Shown here in pieces: positions 1-12,252 of a DNA stretch of 64,000 nt. The notes beneath the pieces are model-generated. The model had not been told where the DNA came from and searched no databases. It saw only the letters and a list, made by a program, of their open reading frames with translations. The translations under genes were made by a program, and so were the position numbers. This DNA comes from Azolla caroliniana (lineage: Eukaryota > Plantae > Polypodiophyta), in assembly GCA_043228905.1 (NCBI GenBank), contig JBHGNT010000021.1, positions 1,364,001 to 1,428,000 of the forward strand. The letters are read 5' to 3'. Positions within the stretch are counted from its first letter, which is position 1. The number at the start of each line of letters is the position of its first letter.

Positions 1-1154
1 GGTTTTGAGATATCAACTATTCTTGGGTTTGGCATACCAATTATTTCTCATTTTAGGGAAAGAATCTCAATTTATATTCTCAGTTCCATTTTGGAAGTCT
101 CAATTACTTTCCGTGGTCTTCCACTTATCCTTGTCATGATTGCTCCCAATGATTATCTTTTAACATTTCTGTCTTACAAACCCCTTTTATATTTTTTGAT
201 AGGTTTGTTCAAAGAGATGGAAACGTAGAGTCATGGAATCTTTAAGTATTAGATTCTCTTGGGTAAATTGCAACCTCTTTAATGATTTAGTGAAATTTCA
301 ATAACATTCTTACTTGTAAAACACTTTCACGTTGGTTGACAAGGTTGTCCAACGAGATGGAAAGAGAGGCAAAATACCTTGAGCTTCACATTCCCTCCAA
401 TTGCTTGTGGGGTACACTGTTACCTCTTTAATGACATTTGTTGTGGGGAATATATTTGTTACTAACAGGATGAGGCATCTCATGCACCATTTAGTTTAAG
501 AAGGCAAAAAAGGAAACTTCTTAGCAAAACTAGGTTACAATGATTTTGTGGAGCAAGATTTCAATTACTATTCCGATGATGATGTTAAAATCTATTATAT
601 AGGTATGATTCCTCGACCATATCAATTAGCTAAGACCCTATACCACCTCAAGTTTTTTTCATGTTGTACTTCAGCATTCTAACAATGATTTAAGTCTGTA
701 ACTTATATAAACTACTCATTTACACAGGGATTCTGACATGGCTAGCTGGAACATCCAATCATGTCAACTACACACTAACACATTTCCAACAATCACATAT
801 AAACATTGGAACTTCAATCATGACCACAATATTGAAGGGAACATTTGAATGAAACTATTTCAAGTGATGAGTGCCACCATGGGAAAGCATAAATTCTTTT
901 GTGAAAAAGCAAGAAGATAATGAATCACTTAAAACGCTCAAAAGGACATGACATATGCTTTTGGGTGGGTTCCAAAGGAAAACGTCAGCATACCCACCAA
1001 AAAGCACCAACAAAATTGCTTATTCTATCAGAACTCCTTCAAAAGGCTTCCGCACAAAGCTTCAGTACAAAATGGAAGAATGATTGTATCAGCCTCAGCC
1101 CATGTAGGAACCAGTGCTAATTACCATTTTTGTTCAACTCTTGATAATAATATA

Positions 1155-4100
1155 TCATAAATTATTATAAGGCAATACCTTGTCACACTCCACACTATGT
1201 GTAGTGTTGGGTGAAAGCAATTCCTCTCTTAATTTCATCAGAAGACGGCCAAGATAGTTTAGGCCCTCGCCTTCTCGCCCCGCCCCCCAGAAGAGATCTG
1301 AGGGAGACATTTTGACTAGGGTTGATCCGGTTGTGGAGAGTAGCAAAGACTTCAAGCTTGGGTGGGAAGTGAACTTCGATCTGAGAGCTTTGTACATTAA
1401 CTCTACGTTCACAAGATCCCAATCGGGCCGCACCTGAAAACAAAGAAGTGAGTATCTTGCTTTGGATATTTCTCCATATCAGAAATGTTTTGAACGTAGA
1501 ATCTTCAGTCTAACTTTAGATATTTTGAATGCTTTGATATCTAGATTCTTTAGCACCTTATCTTTAGTTGTACTTTTTTGGGGTATGCACCTGGGTTCAA
1601 ATCTTGCTGACTTTGCTAGGTGTTGTGGAATGTAGCATGACATTCTCGTCTCCACCAGATAACCTTACCAATGTTGGGATCAACCAACTAAGTTACATCC
1701 ATTTAGTCTGTCTATTTAAGGCAGGAGAACAATAATAGAAGGCCTTCATAAGCCATAATCAAGTGGAATCCTAGATTCATGATGCATCATATAGAACACT
1801 ACTTTATTTGGAGCTCTAGGTCTATCAATGTCTACATTAAAACAAATAGCAATTTAAAATAAGTTTCTCATTAATGTTTGCACGGTTGCCTATGAGCACC
1901 TCTTGAAAAGGAGTGTATTGATATGTGTACTGACTTGATATGTTTATTTTATTCCATATGTTTCAGGCTTTCCATGGATGTTACAATGTCTGGATTTCTT
2001 TCTTTCAGAATCAGGAATTTACCAAATCCGGTCTCTGCTTCTGAAGTGTTCTCCCAAATCTGGCTGCTTCCTCTGGTGCATCTACTAATTGAATATTCTC
2101 AATGCATTCTAATGCTAGAGGATCACAGACACCTTCAAACTTTTGTGCCTGCCATATAAAAGAAAAAATATCACTTGAATACTACATAGAAAGAACGAGC
2201 AAGTCACACAATCACATAGTACACAATCACATAGTACACAAGCACATGGCACATGGTGAAAATATCAAACAAGCTAGGGAATTTGTGAAATGGGATGCAT
2301 CACCAAAGCGGAGATATCCACTTTAGATTGATCGTTATGTAAACACACACCAACACCACACTGAGAATATGATTTTTACTGTACAATTTGGGTAAGTCAT
2401 TGTGCCACAATTCCCAAGAATTGAAAAACCTACAATAGTAAAATTTGCACGATCAAAGATCAAGTGGAAAGGGGAAATTTTAATTGCTATCAAAGAAGAC
2501 ACGAGTAGCATCAAAACAACTATGAAATACTGTAGGAAGAAATAACCTGATAATAATGTTCAACCGTTTTCCATTGCATAGGTTTGCCATTGGAAGCAAT
2601 CATAATAATGGAGTGTGGTGAAAAGTTAGAGAAGACACCATATGCATCCCATGTTTTTTTGAAGGAAATAATGGTTGCCCTTTCTTTCACAACTCCAGAC
2701 ATTCTTGTACTACCATTATTAGTATGTTTGATGGTCGGAGGGCTGAGATCAGGAATTGGTTGCAAATACCCAGATATGAGCATGTCTGGACCAATCTAAG
2801 ATACAAAGCAATTCCTTTATGAGAAGATGATGTTGCAAGGGCACTCTATGAGGTTCTTCAAAATGAATAACACCTGTTCAAATGAAACGTCTATGATGTC
2901 CAAAGCCTGAGTCATTTCCACCATTCCCAATTCTCCTATAGGAGAAGGGGCTGTCACACCTCCAATTATCTTTGGAGCAACAAAAGATATCACCTGAACC
3001 ATAGAAAGTTCACACAATGTGATTTAAAGAAAAAGTTACATTACTTTTTAAATCAACAGAGGATGGCATACACTCACCTTATGAATAACTCCAGATGTGA
3101 TTGCTGGGGCTGCAAGTGCACCTCCACATTCCCAAAGGACACTAAGAAAACCTAGCTCATAACAATAATCTGCCACAGCTTTTGGTGAAAGAAAATCTAA
3201 TTCAACAATTTCTACTCCTTTCCTTCCAAGCCTCTTTTGGAAATCTTTCCTCGCACCCCGTTGTGTCATAACTATAGTATGTGTGTGAGATACATCCCAG
3301 AGGTTAGCATCCTCAGGAAGATCCATACCTCTTGACATAACAATCCGTATAGGTGAATGTCCATATTCTTGCCTTGTAGTCAATCTTGGATCTGCATAAA
3401 ATTGCAAAAACTTTAAAATTGATTTATTATGTTATTGTCACTCATCAATACCAATAAGGATTACAAGTTCCAAATGTTTCTCAATTGTGACTAAATCATA
3501 TCCAAAAACAACATAGATGACATTAACATGTTCGCATGCTCCTGTCCCTTCTCCGGCTATAAAAAAACAAGGTGACTTGGCAACATTAAACACGATCGGC
3601 CCATGATAAACAAAATAACATGATTGGACGTTAAATATAGAAAAACAAGAGAGATTGTGCCCCTTCAAACATGATCAAAGATGCCTTCTAGCCTTCCTAT
3701 ACTGGATTTCCTCATGGTAGGTGTCATCAGAGAATTCTCTTGATCAATAATGGTTACTGACAATTTTTATTTTAGTGAGCTAGATTAAAAGCATATTTTG
3801 CTTTTGTCACTCACATTGGCGAGTTTAACATGACTAGTGAAATCATTGTAAGGTTTCATGGTCCCATCCTAGGTAACACTGAAGTATAGCTCGACTCACA
3901 TTGGCGAGTTCAACATGACTAGTGAAATCATTGTAAGGTTTCATAGTCCCATCCTAGGTAACACTGAAATATAGCTCGACTTCTGAATGCATCCTAAATT
4001 CCCAGACTTGAAAAAAAATACATACCATCAGCACGCCTGCATCCAAGGGCTCAAAGAATGACACAGGATGCAAATCCAAGAAAATGAACAGGGATTTTCT

Positions 4101-6653
4101 AGCATTAAGATTTTACTCAACATTTTTTCATATTTAACGTCTCCTTCGATATCATACAAATTTCTGGAACATGAACACATCAGGATTCAGAAATTTAAAG
4201 ATTATAAGCAAGCATGATAGCTGTTATATACTACATAATGCGAGAATGAAACTTCAAAAACACTGCACATACATGTCACATGGGCCATAAATATTTTGGC
4301 AACGATCTTTAGAACAATTTAAACTCTCTTTCCTATTAAGCCCATAAAGTAGACATCAAGACAGTAAATTGTAATTTATATTTGGCATTTCCCTTTGAAA
4401 GAAAATCTTGTAGAATCGAGAGTTGGAAGACTGCAATTATTATATTGAGAGGAAAGAGCATATATTAACATCTCCAGAAGGCCAAAATTGCTTATGAGAC
4501 TCAGACAAGAGATGACAACTGAACATCTTGTGCCTGAGATGTGAGCAATAAGAAAAAGTGAAACCCATTGCATGGAGATTGCATCAAGGTCATGTAATGC
4601 TTAAATCATATAGATTCTTGTTAGAATAAAGGAATTGTATATCCTACTTACTGTCACGTTTAACTGTGTTGCCTCCAACAATAATAGCATTGCTTCCTGC
4701 ACGAATGCCCAAAACCCTTCGTCTTGACATCTTGCTACTGATCCACTCTGCATGTCCAGTGCTAGCAGCAATTTTGCCTACATACAAAAGAAATCTTAGA
4801 AATTATAACTTATCTGGTTAGATCTCATACAATATTGGACAAATGATATGAAACGCAAAATTTTCCATTTGATCAAGACTCTTCAAAAGCCCATGTTGCC
4901 ACTATCTCTTAATAAACTCCTATCATTTAGATAGAGTTGCAATACCATCAAGTGTCATTGCATACTTCAATGTGGACATTGGAAGTCTGAATGCAGATGT
5001 GTACAAAAGCGGAGCATTCACTTCCTTGCACGCTTTCAAAGCTTCCTACAATTAAAAGGAAATTCATCACACAACTTTTTGAAATATTGTCACATATTAT
5101 GCTAAAATTATATGAGGCTAAACTATATCACAAACAAATCTCTTGTCTTCTTCTTCTTCTCTTTCCTTCTTGGGTTTCAAGCGTACCATCAAACCTTCAC
5201 CATCTTTCAAATCTTCTCCGAGAATATCCACCTTCATATTTGCATTCCTCAGTTCATATATTGCTTTGTCTCTAAAATGGTCAAGCGGATGACGAAGGCC
5301 AACCACCACTCTTGAGACCCCAGCCTGGCAATGGAAGGAAAGAATGTATTGAGCATTGCTATATATCATCCACGTCTTTGTAACAAAAACATTGCCTTTC
5401 TCATATCAAAAGCAAATCATAACTTTCAGACAGTGTTCAAATTTTCAAGCAACAATTATTGGATTAGCTTCTAAATTAGATTATAAACGTAAAAAATCAT
5501 CTTGATGATAAAACAATTTATGTTCATCCATCAACAGATTACAAAAGTCTCTGAAGCTTCATCATTAACTAGATCTAAAAGTTTAGATTTCTTCACAGAA
5601 TAATATCTTTAAGTTTGATTGGAGGATCCACAAGTTGAGCAAGAAAGACTGATTAGCTTTGTCAATAGCATATCATTTGCGTATCTCATCAATAAACAAA
5701 GCTAGTAGACATGCATGGTGCTTTTGCACAATACATTCCTGTGTTATTGTGATTCTTGATTCCTGACTAAAAGAGAACAATGTTTGCACAATGGACCAGC
5801 TTTCCTTATTAAAAATTTTGATGCATTACATTCTGGTTGAATTAATATTTTATTTGACCATTCTGAACGCTTATTATAATGCCTATGTTTTCATTGTCAC
5901 TGACTTTTTGGCTCAATGAACTTTTGCCATAGCCATTACAGACCTATTTTATAAACGTAACTCAAATCTTCTAATCAAATTTATACGTGCATAGAAACCA
6001 ATTGAATAAAAAGGAATAAGCTCCCAATCATCACTGTCTTAGAAATCCTTCCTCTATCCAAGAAATCCATGAACAAAATGAGCCCAGGGCCATACCAGAC
6101 CATGGAAGTTGTAGAGAGTGAATTAATCCGTGAAAATCAACAGAACAATTGTCTCTCGATTGGCTAGGGAATTGGAGATACAGGCGTACAATGCATTTCC
6201 AAATACATATATTTACCAAGGAAAAAAAAGAACCTAATTTTCCATGGACCGCATGACATAAAGGAACAGGATAACCTGGATGAGGGCGGAAACAGCAGGA
6301 TTGGCGGTATCACCATGGCAGTGACCGGGCTCAAGGTTGAGGTAAGCGGTGGCTCCACGAGCGAGCTCACGCGCCTTTTCGCACGCCTGCACCTCGGCGC
6401 ACAAGCCCCCTTCCGCAGAGACGAACGCATCAGCGACTGCAACAAAAGGAGATGAGGAATACGGAGGAGACGGCGAAGAAAGGGAGGAAGAGGAGGAGGA
6501 GGAGGAGGAGACGATGATGCAGGCGGAGTTAGGGTGAGGTGCGGAGGTTCCTGCAGAGGATATGGCGAGGCGGGCGGAGGTGAGGAGGAATCCGGCGTCT
6601 GCAGAGAGCATGGCGTCGTGGACGTACGGAGGAGGAGGAGGAGGAGGGAGCAG

Positions 6654-6656
<3 letters not shown>
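1155..6656 (-). CDS. PYRR: Riboflavin biosynthesis protein PYRR (degenerate deaminase + pyrimidine reductase RibD_C + C-terminal NADAR/YbiA N-glycosidase), 9 exons, ~610 aa
   Basis: Exons (GT-AG, phase-consistent): 6276-6656, 5187-5324, 4946-5045, 4652-4777, 3078-3391, 2874-2993, 2547-2795, 2023-2148, 1155-1433. Motifs SAPHPN, GATAYLNLEPG, KYAMTLDGKIAASTGH, WECGG, FVAPKIIGG, FSNFSPH, VEHYYQAQKF and GLNYLGRLLM match plant PyrR. Confidence 0.95.
3809..3981. repeat. ~85-bp tandem duplication (2 copies) in PYRR intron 4
   Basis: actcacattggcgagtt...tagctcgact occurs twice with few substitutions. Confidence 0.9.
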
Positions 6657-6687
<31 letters not shown>

Positions 6688-6780
6688 AACCCTAACCCTA
6701 AACCTTAAACCTTTTCTTTCTTTCTTTCTTTCTCTCTCTCTCTCTCTGTGAGCTTTCTTTCTTTCATTCTTTCTTTCTGA
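6657..6780. promoter_or_regulatory. (CT)n/(CTTT)n tracts with telo-box-like AAACCCTAA motifs immediately upstream of the PYRR ATG
   Basis: (CT)n at 6657-6684, cctaaaccctaaccctaaacc at 6684-6704, and further CT/CTTT tracts to ~6778. These are typical plant 5'UTR/proximal promoter elements. Confidence 0.6.
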
Positions 6781-6828
6781 GAGCACGTTTTGGTGGCGTA
6801 ACAAAGATGTTTTGATTCTTTCCGCCAG

Positions 6829-7340
6829 TGGAATCGGTAAACGGTTCAGTTTAAAAGGCTTAACCGGTTTGGACAATCCCAAACTTGTTCCTAAACCGGT
6901 TATGGCTTAACCGGTTTGATCAAACCGGTTAAAGGCTCTTGTTATCTCTCATCCTCCTCCTCAGTTGCCCCTAGTTCGATTCGGTTTGAGAGGGTCAAAA
7001 CCGAAACGGTTTGGCACCGAACTATTTAAAAATTTTGAAACCTGACCGAACCATGAAACCGTTTACATTTTTCAAACCGTTAAAACTGTGGTTTCGTGGC
7101 TCAGTTTTGGTTTTCAACTTAGGTCCAATTTTAATTTATATTTTGAAATTTTAAAGATGTTCTTAAAATGTGAGAATAAGGTCTAAAAATGAAATTATTG
7201 TTTAAAAACAAATTTTTAAAAATAAAAAATAAAATAACGTTAAACCATTTAAACCACGGTTTCTGACTGTTGAAACCGAACTGAACCAAACCATTGAAAC
7301 CGTTAAGCCACGGTTTCACGGTTCGGTTCAAACCGTTGCC
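6829..7340. repeat. AACCG/CGGTT-rich interspersed repeat (MITE-like) in the PYRR promoter
   Basis: Dense aaccggtt, aaaccg and ggttcggttc motifs in both orientations. TIR and TSD were not resolved. Confidence 0.5.
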
Positions 7341-7439
7341 GATTGTTCACGACATATGTATGTGAAACAAACAACACGATAACTCCTTTTGATTGTCCCT
7401 ATTATGACTATAACATTATTATGATGTGGGCATCCCGAA

Positions 7440-7970
7440 AGTGGGAAAATAGCTAAAAAGAGGATAAGGAATGGTGTGAAAGTGTTTGGGAAAAAGTAAG
7501 AGAAAGAATGTGTCGCACGTGGGAATAGGGGCAAAGAAAGGGAATCCACAACGTGTCGATATATGTATAAGTATAAAATAAAAAGAGGATAGGGGGTGGA
7601 GTGAAAGCGTGTGAGAAAAACTAAAAGAGAGAGAGAAAGAAAGAAATAACTATATATTAACGTCTTCTAAGACCAAAATTGGCCCATGACACAATTCGTT
7701 TACAACAAAAATGGGGTATTTACCCATTCATTGAAAGTAAAAATTAAAATAAAATAAAACTTAAGCTAAAGAGGGAGAATGTGTAACACATGGGAATAGG
7801 GGCAAAGAAAGGGGAGCCACAACGTGTAAATATTTAAATATAAAATACAAAGAGGATAAGGAATGGAGTGAATGCGTTGAGAAAAAAAGTAAGACAGCGA
7901 GAATGTGTAGCACGTGAGAATAAGGGCAAAGAAAGGAGAACTACAACGTGTAATTATTAAAGAAATTATA
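7440..7970. repeat. Degenerate ~120-bp tandem array interrupted by a short dispersed-repeat fragment (7640-7765)
   Basis: gaatgtgt..cacgtgggaataggggcaaagaaagg...acaacgtg recurs at ~7506, ~7777 and ~7901. Segment 7640-7765 resembles 46680-46790. Confidence 0.65.
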
Positions 7971-8007
7971 AAAGTGAATGGCCTACTCGTTAGGGTCATT
8001 CAATGTG

Positions 8008-8896
8008 TGTAGGATATTAGAGCGACCACATTAAAGTGCACTCTTTTTTACTTTTATATTGGGAAAGGGACATTTGCATTTAATGCAAATGAGATACCTC
8101 TTTCCTTTATAGGGAGGGAGGGAGAGCTTATTTTGGGTCGTTCATCTCTCGGTTTTGGGTGGTCTTCATCGGCGTTTTTGGGAGCTCAGGAGCAATCATC
8201 TTCGTCTCTTATGAGTTTGCATGGAGTCTTCTTCAAGTTTGCATAGAGTCTTCTTCATGTTTGCGTGGGGCTCTCTTCGATTTTCTTTTCTTCATTGACT
8301 CTTCTTTGTCTAGATTTTCGACACTCAAGTGGAAGAAACAAGGAGACGACAAGCTAGTACATCGGTCCTTCGTATGAAGACAGAGGGGCACGAGAACTCT
8401 ACCCCGATTCGAGGCATCGTAACCGTCAGAGGTAGTCGTGGTCTCGGCGGCCCACTCGACTCACCTACAACTGAAGCTTCACATCTCTTACTTCCATTTA
8501 TTGTTTAAGCTTGTGGTTAACTTGAGGTTGCCACCATTGTAACCCCTCCCTTAGGTAACTTGTGAACCCTCTTTTTTATAAAGGGTTCTCTTGATGTAAT
8601 CTAGTGTTTACTTGTTAACATAAGGTTATTTTGTTGTAAACTCATACTCAACACATTAAATCAAGTGATTAAACTCTCTAACAAGCGTTTGAAACGACCT
8701 AGTTTATATTGGCGAACTCTAACGATTTGGTGCTCCCCAAGCATTGTTCCAAGTCTGCGACTAAGCGCTTTCTTCGACAATGACTTTCTTCATGTAAGAA
8801 CTTTCTTCCACAAAGGAGTTTCTTTGAAAAACGAGTTTCTTTGATGAGGGTTTTCTTCAACAATCGTTTCTTCGACAAGGGGTCCCCTTTTTCACA
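8008..8896 (+). mobile_element. Possible solo LTR
   Basis: TG...CA ends with TATA-like and U5-like composition. No target-site duplication found. Confidence 0.3.
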
Positions 8897-9999
8897 CCCG
8901 AAACCCCATCTTTTCGAGTCCTAACCTTAGAGTCATCCCTAGTCCAAGACCTTTCTGATCCTGCTCAAGTAGCACACACACGTGCATTTACGCGACAATG
9001 TTCTTATTGCAAGCTAACTAAAGCCTCTACTTTGGCATAAAACACTAGCTCACTTAAATGCAACAAAGCTTGTGTCCTCAAAAGCGCAAGGAGTTCACAC
9101 CAAAGTCATTTGTCAAAACAACTTTATCCAAATTTCCTTTTTGCTTACATACTTTTCTACCACTCCATCGAGACCATCAAATAAGAACGTATTGGTGCAT
9201 CATGACCAAGAAGCCATAAACTTCCATGTGCTATGCTTGCGTGATGAATCACATGCATAGTCAAAGTGAAAATAACAGAGTGGTATAATGTCATGTCATT
9301 ATTCAAGACATCACTACTAGTCTTGGATGGGTATCATCCATATTGCCAACCTTTCTTCTAATCTCATCATTCTTTCACAACTCCTCTTTCATCACCACTT
9401 ACCTTGTAGCTCATTTTTGAGTGAATGCACGAAGAAGAGAGGCCGATTGCTCGAACCAATGCGAACTCTCTCTCTCTCCAAACCTAATTATAGAAGGAGA
9501 TCATCTAGGGCTTGAAGGTAAGTCTTGTATTGTGCCATTTTATAGTATTAATAGTGATTGAGCTTGGCCACCCTCACAAAAATTGTTCAATATATTGTCA
9601 TTTGCCATTTGCCATATTTGTAATAGAGGTAAAAATATTATATTTAACTTTTGCAGCTATTGTTGTAGCATTCTTCTATAAGAGGACTTGTTCAAGGTCT
9701 TACAACTCTATGTAATCATCCAAATTTGCAAAATTTGGCCTTTGTGACCCCACGCTCTTTGTGATTATGAGACTTCACGTCATTGTGCTTTACAACATGT
9801 TGGAAAAAGGGAGGGTGCCTTTTTTAGAGAATGGTTTAAGGTTTTTGGAGCGTCTAAATAAAAGAAGGCAAGTGGTTGATGTAGAAAAAGGAACAAGTTG
9901 AAGGAAAAGTTCCAAAAGGAGGGTTAGGATATTTCGTTAATTATTAGTCAGACATTCCAAACTAAAGGTCAAAAGATATACCAACTCCTTGGAGACTTA

Positions 10000-10545
10000 A
10001 TTAAATGATGCAATGGGATATAAAGATAATCTATATAAACCTTGATGCCTTCCTAAAAGGGGCATACTTATAAATTATAATTATATCAAATGTAAGAGAA
10101 CTATATAGGTGAAAGTATCCCTAGAGCTCAAGCTTAAGCCCCTGTCTCATGGTGTATGCCAATCAAGGGATATAAAAGTGGGCCCCCACCACAACATAGA
10201 AAAGGGGTTACAATAGATTGGGCAATAGCAAAATCTTGTGCTCATAATTATGCCTGCCCTCATGGACTATGATCCCACCACCCTTGTCATCGACAAATAA
10301 AGGCCATTATCTCCTTCAATCATAGGTGCTTCCCTTGCTTTGAAGACCTCTCCGTTTTGGATCAATCTATGTTAGAAATCTTTTGAAGACAAAAATTGAG
10401 AATCTTACATATGTTGATAATAATATTTTTTTAGGGACTTTTTACATTTTTTTCTTTTTTTTTTCTTAATAACATTTATTTCTATTTGCAATTTGTTATC
10501 AAAGATGAGTTAAACGTAAGATGTAACCTCTTAAAATACATGAAT
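10000..10545 (+). mobile_element. 3' remnant of RTEX-like LINE family
   Basis: aaggggttacaataga..gggcaatag, aaggccat.atctcc and ttgagaatcttacat are shared with 38530-38760. Confidence 0.65.
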
Positions 10546-10799
10546 CTCTCCCTCTCTCTCTTCTTAATTGCATTGTTTATTTTGAAGACTTTATGCCCTT
10601 GTATTACTTAAAGCCTTGTTCTTAGTACTTACCACATTGTATGAACTAATGGAAGCTAAGACATGTTGGTAACACATTTGCTAAGTATGGCTTGCTCATT
10701 TACATAAGGAACTCCATTGGTTCCATTTTCTACTCCCACATGGTCATGTATTAAAACTTCTTCCAAAAGCAATGGAAGTTGTCCGACTCGAGTTTATTT

Positions 10800-11700
10800 A
10801 TGCCACTTGTCGAGATATCCATTTCAAGCACATTGTGTATGAACACCCTTTTTGGAGAATTTATACTAGGTATCTCCCACCCTTGTAATAAATGGATGGG
10901 AGACACCTAGTACCAAATGTACAAGATACCTTAGATATCCCACTCACTTCCTCGTTGATGTAAAAGCGCTCTATAAACATCAAGCTCCTCGCTTGTATCT
11001 AGTACTAATTATGGTTAATGCATAATTAATTTAATCTTAGTTTATTTGTGGGTTTATCATTGTATAATCATGCCCAATTTGCTTTTTCTTCATATACTTT
11101 CCAAGTAACATGGGGGTTAAGCAAGGATCTCGACTATCACCTACAATCCAAAGCACTTTGTACCTATTCATGCACATGGTGTGAAGCTTTACAATACACT
11201 CACAAGACATTAGATGGTGGTGATTGATCGAGAAACTAAATAATAGCATTATCAAACATACATTACAATCTAAATCTTTTATTGCACAATGATCCTAAGG
11301 ACATGGTGCATGGTGAGGCTAGAGTGGAATTCAAGTGGAGTATCGTCTCTTTAACTTTCTCTTGTAGAAAGTAGGATGATTTAAGAACGGTAGAAGCATT
11401 TATTGACACTAGCACCACATGAAAATTATGGGCTCCTCCTAGTGAAAGATTACTCCACAACATGCTTCTTCCTTGGAATCATACTTCAATAGGGAACAAA
11501 CATGATGAGGGTTTCGAATGTCAATGATGCTTCGTATGGGTTGAAGAGTGAGTGCGACAAACATCATCACTAACATCTCAATGATGATCATTCTAGGGTT
11601 ATGGTGTAACTTTCGATATGACCAAAGCAATATATGACTCTTTTGAGTGGTGAGATCACATGTGTGGACATAGAGGACTTTTTGCTACATCTCTTAAAGA
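10800..11700 (+). mobile_element. Degenerate non-LTR retrotransposon reverse-transcriptase remnant
   Basis: 11110-11145 translates as MGVKQGSRLSPT, the RT GV(K/R)QGxPLSP motif. The frame is disrupted and boundaries are approximate. Confidence 0.55.
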
Positions 11701-12011
11701 CATTGTTACCTTTCAAACTCCTCATTGCAATCAAATACAAATTTCTCACAAATCAGATGCCATTGCTCACACAAGAAGAATACTGATCAAATGATCTCAT
11801 GTTGGCCTAGGGTGAATTCATGTCACCTCCAATCGCTCGGATTAATTCAAAGCTTTAAAACTAAGAATGTGAACCTGAATAAACCGCATCAATTGAGAGA
11901 TGAATTCATACAAGAAGGTTAAGATAGGAACAGTCCAAAGAATGTTAAGGTGTCAAAATCCGAAGAATGTTTAAATACGTTGGAACCACAATGAGGCCAT
12001 AGGTCACAATC

Positions 12012-12212
12012 CTACCAATCTTTTCTAATGCTGAAACTATGCTCCATTTCAAAATGACATCTTCCATCATCATCAATAAACTGTAAAAACAAAACAAATT
12101 ATTTATACACAAACATGAGTGTTGTGTACAATGAAATTAAAGATTTGTATTGTATAGAGTTGGGGCATATATGTATGATCCTAATGGGAAATGTCAATAA
12201 TCTTAATGTGTT

Positions 12213-12252
<40 letters not shown>

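Noticed and set aside
6684-6704. Telomere-like repeats suggesting an interstitial telomere
   Set aside because: Only ~3 imperfect units, better explained as telo-box motifs.
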